DNA from: Octopus vulgaris
Lineage: Eukaryota
Reading direction: 5' to 3'
DNA length: 64,000 nt
Assembly: GCA_951406725.2 (NCBI GenBank)
Contig: OX597818.1
Span: 107,446,001-107,510,000, forward strand
The notes beneath the pieces were generated by a model. It had not been told where the DNA came from. It did no database searches and worked only from the letters and a program-made list of their open reading frames with translations. This document shows, in pieces, positions 53,190 to 64,000 of this stretch (position 1 is its first letter; each line of letters starts with the position of its first letter). The translations under genes and the position numbers were made by a program.

Positions 53190-53497
53190 AGGCCTCCGCT
53201 TCCTCGACGAATTCTCACTCTGCAGGATTTTCTTATATAGATTTTCAAGCAAAATACATTTGCTGATTTCGAAAATCTGTTCGAAAGCAATAATAATTCT
53301 CTAAAAGGGATATAGACAGTAACTGCTTGATAACATAAGGGACTAAAGCCATCTGAATATGGCTAGGGACAGGGCAGGGTGGTGGGGGTGTTACTGTTGC
53401 ATTTAGCCCCAGGCGAACATCGACGTCACCAGAAAGGCTCGACACCGTCACGGTGCCCTTAACCTGCAAAGGGAGGTAATTCCCCGATGAAGCGGAA

Positions 53498-53549
53498 ACC
53501 ACACACGGACCATGGTTTCAAGGTGTATTGCCTATCATCGGCGTGTGGT
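53498..53549 (-). ncRNA. Type I hammerhead ribozyme, variant core (unit 2)
   Basis: Identical to the unit 1 copy, offset +360. Confidence 0.8.
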
Positions 53550-53857
53550 AGGCCTCCGCTTCCTCGACGAATTCTCACTCTGCAGGATTTTCTTATATAG
53601 ATTTTCAAGCAAAATACATTTGCTGATTTCGAAAATCTGTTCGAAAGCAATAATAATTCTCTAAAAGGGATATAGACAGTAACTGCTCGATAACATAAGG
53701 GACTAAAGCCATCTGAATATGGCTAGGGACAGGGCAGGGTGGTGGGGGTGTTACTGTTGCATTTAGCCCCAGGCGAACATCGACGTCACCAGAAAGGCTC
53801 GACACCGTCACGGTGCCCTTAACCTGCAAAGGGAGGTAATTCCCCGATGAAGCGGAA

Positions 53858-53909
53858 ACCACACACGGACCATGGTTTCAAGGTGTATTGCCTATCATCG
53901 GCGTGTGGT
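53858..53909 (-). ncRNA. Type I hammerhead ribozyme, variant core (unit 3)
   Basis: Identical to the unit 1 copy, offset +720; the distal stem I extension is cut by the inversion junction. Confidence 0.8.
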
Positions 53910-54288
53910 AGGCCTCCGTGACGGTGTCGAGCCTTTCTGGTGACGTCGATGTTCGCCTGGGGCTAAATGCAACAGTAACACCCCCACCACCCTGCCCTGT
54001 CCCTAGCCATATTCAGATGGCTTTAGTCCCTTATGTTATCGAGCAGTTACTGTCTATATCCCTTTTAGAGAATTATTATTGTTTTAACTTTTGTTTTTGT
54101 CTAAATAAAAGATTTCGTCCAATATTGAACAGTCAGACATTTACAGAAAAGAATGTTACACACTGTTTTATTTTTACTTATTCTCTAACACTTCAGATTG
54201 AGGTAAATCACAAAAGACACTTTACAATGACCACGAATCATTTATATATACATGCATATATATTTATATCTTTCTCTCTCTTCTCTCT

Positions 54289-54330
<42 letters not shown>

Positions 54331-54339
54331 GTCCTAGCT

Positions 54340-55225
54340 GGATTTGTCAATCTCTCATTCCCCGCTGCATTCCTTGCAAAGAAGTTGAGAGGGTTGCAGT
54401 TAGGTGAGTTGAGAGGTTAAATGTCAGGTGTTGTGTGATAGAAGAAACCCTCTGACAGCTAGGCCTGGGTCTTCTGTCTTGTATGACAGGGGACAGGGTC
54501 TAGCTGCCACACATTCAGCCTCCTTACAGCTGCCTGGTTGAACCAGGGCTTTACCACCGCGCTCAGAACATGTATGCCAGCATCAGTGTTCAGTCTGAGG
54601 CTTTCAGGGAAGAAGTGGGGTGGCATGATGCCACCTTCACTGCTGATGATACCAGAGACCAGGTTTGCTGCTGGAAAGTTCGTCTGGATGACTTTGGGCA
54701 TGCCCCTGGGTGAGACAGCAAGTTACCTATTGTTTTGGGAGTTGATCTTCTGGTCTTGAAAGAGATTTTTCCATCTGAGAAGAACCACAGCATGCCTGTC
54801 TTCAGGTGTGTGTCAACTTGTCGATCAGCTTCTTGGAGTGCTTATGTCACTTTTCCTGCATCACTTTGCACAGAAATTTTCCTTTCCTCATCTTGTGTGA
54901 AAAGTAGCCAATGTCCTCATGCACCCCCATCCTGATGAGCTTTTCATTCACACCTTCCTCCTGTGCAATGGCATGCACTGACTTGCTGGGATCATAGTTG
55001 AGGACCTTCTAGATTTCAGTGACAAATTCTGGTGTTGTGAGGGCATCAGATCGTTGATCATGGGTTTTCCTCTCTGCTGTCACCATGTAGTCGAATACTG
55101 AATCTTTCAGCTCCTTTCTGGCCTTTTCCACCCTATTTCTGCTGACATTGAGGAAGTATGAAATCTTGTTTGTCCTTCCAGCACAAATTCCAAGGACGAT
55201 TCCATGCCTCTTCCACAAATTTGTG
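54340..55225 (-). pseudogene. Degraded IS630-Tc1-mariner transposase (maT/DD37D-like)
   Basis: WFFSDGK.F; LVSGIISSEGGIMPPHFFPESLRLN..VL..VVKPW..WQLDPVPCHT..TQA; DI*PLNSPNCNPL (WPPNSPDLNP). Confidence 0.75.
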
Positions 55226-55440
55226 GAGGTGGGGGGACAAACACAGACACACAAACATATGCATATATATATGTATATACAATGGGCATCTTTCAGTTTC
55301 TGTCTACCAAATCCACTCACAAGGCTTTGGTCGGTCTGAGACTATAGTAGAAGACACTTGCCCAAGATACCAGACAGTGGCACTGAACCCAGAACTATGT
55401 GGTTAGGAAGCTAGCTTCTTACCACACAGCTGTACCTGCA
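55226..55440 (-). mobile_element. SINE family A, 5' half
   Basis: Matches 31930-32085. Confidence 0.8.
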
Positions 55441-55615
55441 CCTGCACTTGCGTATATATATATATTTATATATACATATATGCATGGAAAGTATTAATGA
55501 GACGCTTGGGGAGGGGAAAGAAAGAAAGAAAGGGTGTTTTACGTTTCAAGCAAAGCTCTTCTTCAGAAACAGGAGAAGTAGACTGGAAGTAGAACAGAAG
55601 ATATACAACCATACA

Positions 55616-55647
<32 letters not shown>

Positions 55648-55653
55648 CACACA

Positions 55654-56466
55654 CAAGGTTTGATCAATAAGTATCCAGAATGTTGCCATAGTAACGAAGT
55701 TAAAGCAATCACAGTGATGCTGCTTGGCACAAATTGACCTTGAACTCTGTTGTGCTTGTGCAATAAGTTTTAACATTCTAGCTCACTTCTGCTGTTTACA
55801 GCAGTGCTTGGAACGAAGGTATGTAGCATGTGATCATTGCACTGACCATGGCAGAGAAAGTTGTTATGGCAATACCTGCTCAAAGGTCTATACAACATGC
55901 CAGCAAGTGTATGGAGAGCAAGGTATGAGCTGCACACAAGTACACAGGTGTTTCAGACGTTTCCAAGATGGCCAAAAAATGTCGATGTTAATGAACTTTC
56001 TGGGAGATGCGCAATCAGCAGAACTGAGAAAAACATTGCAGATGTGCATTCAGCTGTGAGAGGAAATCCTCGAATCTCCAGAGGATGTGCAGATTAGTTA
56101 CATTTTGACTCAGTCCATTATCACTGAAGATTTAGGTATGAGATGTGTATCTGCCTTTATTGTGTTGAGAATGATGAAAACCTTTTGGAAACATTGTGTA
56201 GGCCACTGAGCAGGTATTGCCAAGCTTTTGGTAAAATTTGATGCAGAAACTTTGCTCAACTTTCTCCATCATGGTCAATGTGACAATCATACGCTACACA
56301 CCTTCCTTCCTAGCACTGCTGTAAACAGTGAAAGTGAGCTAGAATGTTATATCTCAGTGCACATGCACAGCAGAGTTCAAGGTCAATCTGTGCCAAGCAG
56401 CTTCACTCTTTGTGCTTTAGCATCATCACTATGGCAATAGTCTGGTTACTCATTCATCAGACCATG
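55654..56466 (+). mobile_element. Non-autonomous mariner derivative with ~210-bp inverted arms and an internal HTH fragment
   Basis: 55654-55863 is a diverged reverse complement of 56257-56466; internal GNTCSKVYTTCQQVYGEQGMSCTQVHRCFRRFQDG (Mos1-type N-terminal HTH). Confidence 0.8.
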
Positions 56467-57477
56467 CATATATACATTCGTGTGTGTGGGTGGGTGGGGG
56501 GTAGGTATATAAATTTATAGATATACATACATTGATGAAGTTGAAGACTAAAGCTGGTCAAACGAAAGCTGTTGTGTTTTGTAGTCTTGCTCTTATAAAT
56601 ACTGTGGCCCAGGGTTTGGCCCTTTGGAAATCTCTATTCAACAACATGGTTTTTCACAAAACATAATATAAAATGAAAAGCCAATCAGTAAATAATATAA
56701 ATTTCATTGTCTCACAGCAACCGTGATAAGCTGGGGCAAAGTTTGAACTTATCAGTTTGTTATCAGTAGTTCTATACCTGAGTCTCATGATTCTTGAGTC
56801 CATAGATTTATCAGAATGTCAGATCGTTTTTTTTTTTTTTCCGCTGCATCTCTATTTTGTTTCTCATAATTTTTTTCCCCAAAGTCCCATTATTTAAGTT
56901 GAAAGTTCTAACAAAAGGATTCATTAGAAACACTCTGTCAGGTTCTTTGATTCCTCATCAGAAGATAGACTTGTCTGGGTAATGTAGCAGTATATATTAT
57001 GGTTTCCTGTAAGGTTCAATTGGTTTTAATATATTCTATATAGGAATCAGCATATTTCTGTTCTTGATATAGCAGCAGCGGCAACCAGTACCAAGTGTTG
57101 TCTCACCCCCTCCACCACCACCACCACCATATACATAAACACTAAGCAGAAATTACTGGACATCAAAAGATTTCTCCGTTTGATAATAGTTAAAAAGTAA
57201 AAACAAAAAACTCTGGTTGACTGCCTGTTGAAAAGAGGACTAAAAGAATGCTAGCCACTGTAGTGGAAATCCTTGCCTTTCAACCTGACTGTAATATACT
57301 ATGCACTAACAAGCAGCCTGTCTCGATCAATCCCTCTGAAGACAGATGCTTGCTGCCAGTATTAGGTTAACAGTGTGAGTCAAACGAGATTATTGTGTAA
57401 TGATTAAATTTTACGACTGTATGTGTGTGTGTATGTGTGTGCATGATGTATTTATGTATACTTATATATGTATGCAT

Positions 57478-57558
<81 letters not shown>

Positions 57559-58053
57559 CATACATACATACATGCGTACATACATACATTCATACATACA
57601 TATAAACATACATACAACCATACATACGTACTTACATACATACATACATTCATTCATACATACACACATACATATACATACATTCATATACATACATACA
57701 CACACACATACATACATACATACATACATACATACATACATACATACATACATACATACATACACATAAATGTATAGCAGAAAAAGGAAGGATATCCTTT
57801 TCCAGTTTCGAATAACTGAAGGGATCCCACTGCCAGTGTTATTTGAATCCATTTGATTGCGCCCATACTGGAGCATCGTCTCTGGGGTCTATACTAAACT
57901 TTTTTGTTTTTTGTATTTACTTTACAAACATCAGAAAGAAGATATTTTTGTTTGATGTTTCATGATTTAGCTGAAAGTGCTAAATAATGGAATCAAAATC
58001 CAGAAGCCAGTTGCTTATTAGATTTGTTAAAGACATTGTGACATGTCTTATAA

Positions 58054-60330
58054 CAGACATGTCAAACTCCCGGCCCAGGGGCCACTTCCGGACTGTGCAG
58101 CATTTTCATCTGGCCCGCGGTACCAGCTTGATATATCAGCAAGAAATTGGTCCAAATGGTGGCATCAGCAAATAGGCTGCTTTGCTGCTCTCAGCAACAC
58201 CCATGCCTTCTTGTTACAACTACACATACATAGTGTGTGGCTAAAGCAGGCCTTTACATTATATATAGCACCGACTGCACTAGCTTTCTTACTAAAGGTG
58301 TCACCAAAAGTAGCAATGATTTAATACATGACTAGAAACGATACAACTGTAACTATTACACCCTGTCTGTACAAAAAGACACGTTAAAGAGGCATGATAA
58401 CACAGTCGCAAGTCTTGATTGTAACTGCAACAAAGCATGCTGGGAAATGCCTCCTTCAATTCTCTAATCGTGTGTTGTAAAGCGTTGATGACACAAAATC
58501 TACTAATCCCACAATGCACTGCAAGAGCCACCTTGCTGCTCTTTTGGGTGATCACTTTCACATAACATCAGAACTGTGAAGAACTGTGTCATGAAAATAT
58601 ATGACATTTTGTGTCCAGACAAGAAGCTGATGTGAGTCTCAGCAGAAATACAGCTGCTGATTGGGTGTGTGAGATGGCCACTGATTTGAAAACAGAGTCG
58701 ATTGAAAAAGGAAAAGATCTTTTTCCATACTCACTTGTGGATGAAACTACTGACACAACTGGTACAGCTCATTTGGTTATCTTTCTCCGTGGAGTGGACT
58801 CTAATTTGTTCATCATGGAGGAAATTTTGGACATTAAATTGATACACGGGACAACAGCAGGAAAGGACCTTTTTGAAAAAATATGTCAGTGTGTAACCGA
58901 CATAAAACTGCCATGGGACAAACTTGTTGGACTTACAACTGATGGAGCACTGGCGATGTACAGCAAGAAAAATGGACTAGTGGGTAGGATACGTTTAAAG
59001 ATGCAAGGAGAGAACTGTGCTGGTGAGTTGACAACATATTACTGCATTATACACTAGGAAACGCTGTGCTCTAAGACCTTAAAAATGGAACATGTAATGA
59101 GCACCACTGTAACGCAGACCATAAACTTTATCCAAGCCAAAGGGTTAAATCACTGCCAATTTCAGTCTTTCCTGCAGGAAATGCATTCAGCATTCGGTAA
59201 TGTGCCTTATCATATAGAGGTGTGGTGATTCAGTCGGAGAAAGGTCCTCAACATAGTTTTTGAGTTGGTTGAGGAGATATGTCAGTTCTTGGACAGTAAA
59301 GGGGAAGAATCTAAAGTTCTGCAGGATGAAATGTGGAAATGCAAATTGGTGTTTCTGGTTGACATAATTGCACATTTCAGTATTTTAAAAATCCCGCAAC
59401 AGGGACGGGATTGAATGATCTGTGATATGTATGATGCAGTGAAGGCATTTCAAGTGAAGCTGCACTTATGGGAGACACAAATGCACCAATTGAACTTGTC
59501 TCACTTTCCCTGCTGCCAAGTAATGTTGAGCCAAGTCAGTGCCACTGTGTTCCCAAAGCAACACTTTGCTGATAATTTGAATGCATTCTGCACTGAATTT
59601 GCATGGAATCAAAATAATTTCAAGCTGCTTCAAAATCCATTTACCATCAATGTGGAAGAAACTGCACCTGTTCAGGTTCAAATGGAGCTGATAGAACTGC
59701 TGTGTAATGGGACATTATAAGGAATGTATGACTCTGTGGGGCTCGCACAGTTCACTTGCTTCATACCTGAAGCAATGCCCCAGCTCCATTTACATGCAGA
59801 GCAAATGCTGTCTTTGTTTGGAAGCACATATCTGTATGAGCAGCTGTTCTCTTTGATGAAGATGAATGAAACGTTACATAGGCGGCGTCTCACAGATGAA
59901 CACCTGCAATCCATCCTGAGACTCCCAACAACACAGAACCTTGCTCCAAACGTGAATGAACTCGTTGTCAAGAGAAGATGCCAAGTATGCAGCTCCCACA
60001 AAATCGCAGAAAGAAAATTGGAAGTTTTGATTTAATATTTTAATTTCCACAAAAAACACATTTTTTATATATATATATTTTCTTTTTGTTGCAACAGGTT
60101 TTTATTTAAAATTTTTTTATAATTATGACAGGAGATATTTTTATGCAGAGCAAAATATTTTAAATAATTTCAGTTAAAGTTAATATATTTTTGGGATAAA
60201 ATTATATACCATCTGTTTCAATACATGTTCGTGTTCAAAAATTTTTAGTCTATTCAATAAATGATTATCCTATTTGGCCCACGACCTAAAGTGTGCTTTA
60301 AGGTTTGGACCCCTGAAGCCAGTTGCAACT
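58054..60330 (+). mobile_element. hAT transposon (Charlie/SPIN/GTF2IRD2-like transposase), disrupted
   Basis: LSRNT..; SLVDETTDTTGTAHLVIFLRGVD; GTTAGKDLF; LVGLTTDGALAM; YCIIH*E.LCSK; LFGSTYLYEQLFSLMK..RRRLTDEHL. Left end CAGACATGTCAAACT; right end near 60315-60330; TSD not confirmed. Confidence 0.88.
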
Positions 60331-61941
60331 TCTATTTGCAAGTGAATTAACAAGATTTGAAATAGGTTTTAAGATTAACCATAAATTTTTACGGATAAAT
60401 TTGTAAAATAGTCTTTCGTTCATCATCACCATCCTCATAACCACCACCACCACTATCATCATCATCATCATTAAACATCTGCTTTCCATTTTGGCATGGA
60501 TTGGATGGTTTGACAATAGCTGGCAAGCCAGAGGACTAAGTTAACGTCTATTGTATGTTTTGGTGTGGTTTCTATCCCCTCAGCTAAGAGGAAAAGTATT
60601 GAAAGAAATGCCTTCATGCCAGTTGATGTGAGGTTGAAAGAAACTTCTAATTATTTCAGATATCTAACTGTAGCCATGCTGGGGTGCCACTCTTTTTGTA
60701 AATTTCTAGACATGAGCTTCAACTTCAGTCCTATTGTATGTCACCTTCCCTGAGTGTCTTCTACGATATCCCCACACTGACCATCATTTTGCAACTGAAT
60801 TTCGTTGGCAGATAATGAAAAGAATACTATTTTATACATGTATATGTGTGTATACAAGGTAGGTAGGTAGGTAGGTAGGTAGGTAGGTAGGTAGATAGGT
60901 ATTTATGTATGTAGGTAGGGAGATAGTTAGCTTGCTAGATTGCTAGATAGATAAATAAATTGATTGTCTCTTTTTAAGAAATTTCTTTTTACCCCCACAA
61001 TTGAACTATCCATAAAGATATTTCTTTATATACCAGAAAAATACACTATTATCCTAGATCCATTTGGCATCTACTTCACATCTATTTTGCAAACTAAGAA
61101 GTAACTGTCAACCGTTTCTTTGTGAAAATAAAATAAATCCGATAGTCTCCTAAAGAGAATTTTGAGTGACCCTTCAGTATCATATTTGACTGTTTTTATA
61201 TTTAACAATACATAAAAAGATTTGTTGATGAAACAACACTCTTTTAAGCTGAGAATTTTCCTAGCATTGATTGTAAACAAGAAAAGATGCAGCAACAACT
61301 CCACACCCATTCCCATGAAGAATTTAGCAGCCAAAATATATTACCTGGAAGTAGTATTACAAAGAGAAAAAGGAAAAGAAAAGAAAACAGAACTCTCTTC
61401 ATAAGAATGAGATGGAATATTCATCATTACATGAAAGACAACAACGATGAAAATTCCATAAACTACATTTGAAATGGTCAAATGTCCACCGTCCAATTGG
61501 CTATTACGACCATTTAAGGATGAACTCTTTGCAATAACCAAAAATATCTGATTCACCAAGTGATCTAAGACCTTGTAGAATGAAGTCAAGTAGAAAATTA
61601 TTTGCATTAAAAACAATGAAATCTTATTTGTTAAGTGAGATAAGACCAATAACCTCTACTCTATAAGCCCTCTTATAATCCTCTGCTTTCTAAATCGATC
61701 TCTTATATCTACAAAAAAGGAAAAAAAAAAGAAAAAGAACGAAATATTCTAATTTAAATGACATAAAGACAACAGAGCAAAAAATATCCACCAACTTAAA
61801 AATATAAAACAAAACAGATATCTTAACAGCTAAATGCTTATAGATATCTCAATGAAAGCCCATCACTGTAATCTCAGTAACAGCCATCTGTGAAGCTAGT
61901 AAACCCTTGTAAATCTAACAGAAGCACCATTAGTAAGAACA

Positions 61942-62292
61942 TTATTGACACACATGCATACCTGACATAAAATTTATTGACACACATGCATACCTGACAT
62001 AAAATTTATTGACACACATACATACCTGACATAAAATTTATTGACACACATGGATACCTGACATAAAATTTATTGACACACATGCATACCTGACATAAAA
62101 ATTATTGACACACATGCATACCTGACATAAAATTTATTGACACACATGCATACCTGACATAAAAATTATTGACACACATGCATACCTGACATAAAATTTA
62201 TTGACACACATGGATACCTGACATAAAGATTATTGACACACATGCATACCTGACATAAAAATTATTGACACACACAGGTACCCAACATAAAA
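61942..62292. repeat. 32-bp minisatellite, about 11 copies
   Basis: Unit TTATTGACACACATGCATACCTGACATAAAA(T/A). Confidence 0.95.
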
Positions 62293-64000
62293 ATACAGCA
62301 TTTTCTCTCTTGAGTAAAATAAGCTGTAATTGAACGTTTCAAAAAGTTCTAAACAAAAGTAAGTGCCATTTCATACAGTCTGATATTAAGGACTTTTTGA
62401 CAATAATACTAAAACCACTGCTGATTGCAGCAGTAAATTTTGTCAAATAAATTAGAACTATCAAAGAATCGGAAATTGAAATAACAATACATGTGAGGAA
62501 GTTTTTTTCTGTTCCATAATAAAGCATATAGGACAAAGGAAAGAACTGGTATACCATTTAATATTAGGAATGGGATCAAACACACCTGCAGAGATTAGTG
62601 ACATCATTGGTCTGCATATATTATTGGCACTGCACAGCAAATTCCCCTTTGTTTCAGGTTGAATTCATGGAATTATTGGTTTAATTCTCCCCATCCTTTA
62701 GAAGACAACATATCTCTGTTATTGTTGCCATACATCTCAAAACAGCCAACTTCCTTGACATGAAATTTAACTCACAAAAAAATCCGCATAAAAATATAAA
62801 TACATATAAAGAAAGATAAAAACATTCTGTCTACACATTTATTCTCCAACCTTATTAGCATTATCTCCAGACTCTCTTCTTTATTTTCTAATGAATCTCT
62901 ATTCAACAACATCATAGACATACAACGAAGCACTTTACAATACCTGAGGATTAAATGCAATCACACCAGTGAACCACCTGCTGGTGATATCATTTCTGCA
63001 GTAATACTTACAGCTTGAAAAGAAGGACACAAACAAACGTTCAATTTATTGTTGGTTTTTGTTGTTGTTTAACTTTAGTTCCAACCTAACTGAGAAGACC
63101 TATAATCAAAGACAGTTCAGCCATAGGCATTACATAACGGTCATTCCATATGCAAAAATTTGCAATCACGTTTCCTTAAAAATGTAGTATTTTGAAAAAA
63201 AACATGAAGGAGACAAATGGTTAGTTGGATTAGAGATGGCTATAAAGATATTTATCTTGTAGGTACATATGTATATGTATGTGTATCTGTATATATATAT
63301 ATATGGATAGAGAGAGAGAGGGGAGAGAGAGGGGGAGAGAGAGGGGGAGAGAGGAGGAGAGAGAGAGGTAAGTGATAGAAAATAGAATGAATAACATTTT
63401 TTATTTAAAATCACTACAATTGTTTTGAGACAATTTTACATCTGTGGTGTATTGGTGAGATACTGTGTAATCATTATCCAAGGTGTAAAATGAACTTCCT
63501 CAGGTACTTGTTTAAATATGTCCTTTGTTAGATACTCTCATCATTTCACTCAGTATGATAATACCAGTGTGATAATATACATAATGTGTATATGTATATA
63601 TATTGTGTGTTCTGGGTAATATACTTGGAACTAGGCGTATATGACTGATGACATACAAATCTCATGGGAAAATTGCAAACAGCAATCATAAAATTTTGAT
63701 GAAACAAAAGTACTTCCACATGAAATAGGCAGCACTTACATCACATCACAACAATATTTCATACTCTGTGTCTTGAAACTGCAATAGTGGATTTAGGAAA
63801 TTTATTGTTTTACATGAACCGCAAGGAAAACAACCAAAATTATGGAAATAATTTCAATACAGAAAGACAAAACTAGAACATAATCATGCTCCAATTCATC
63901 ATATACAGCCTCACATATATACACATATATATACATATGAATGCATACAAACACACATACATAGATAGAATGAGAGATTTTGTTTGTATAAAGTTTATGA

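Larger units (their letters stand above)
52971..54081 (-). mobile_element. Retrozyme-like insertion: 2.6 x 360-bp tandem units plus a 166-bp inverted segment, 15-bp TSD
   Basis: Units at 52971-53330, 53331-53690 and 53691-53918; 53916-54081 is the reverse complement of 53648-53813; ATTGTTTTAACTTTT at 52957-52971 and 54078-54092; one hammerhead per unit. Confidence 0.9.

Noticed and set aside
53099-54337. Repeated 63-, 85- and 139-aa ORFs in the 360-bp array
   Set aside because: Non-ATG starts, no recognisable domains, and repetition simply follows the tandem unit.
61942-62292. 32-bp repeat as CRISPR direct repeats or iterons
   Set aside because: Units are contiguous with no spacers, in a eukaryotic context.

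Overview
AT-rich, microsatellite-dense eukaryotic DNA with no intact host gene. The SINE and RTE repeat families look like those of an octopus or other coleoid cephalopod (inference from repeat style, not a database match). Most listed ORFs are translations of (TA)n, (CA)n, (TATG)n or (CAT)n tracts. Recognisable coding relics are all broken: Tigger/pogo, Tc1, maT-like, mariner and hAT transposases; Penelope RT/GIY-YIG; RTE, R4/Dong-like and CR1-like LINE pieces; and one BTBD1/2-like BTB-BACK fragment. The main result is a young retrozyme-like insertion at 52971-54081. It has 2.6 near-identical 360-bp units plus an inverted 166-bp piece, all between a 15-bp target-site duplication. Each unit carries a minus-strand type I hammerhead ribozyme with a variant core (CCGAUGA, U.U at the base of stem II, palindromic stem III). 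Two unrelated hammerhead families also occur (4075-4153; 11067-11112 and 11450-11495), plus a degenerate candidate (25513-25831). Three of these elements share the same inverted, outward-facing geometry. All structures were read by eye, ribozyme activity is untested, and boundaries of old repeats are approximate.
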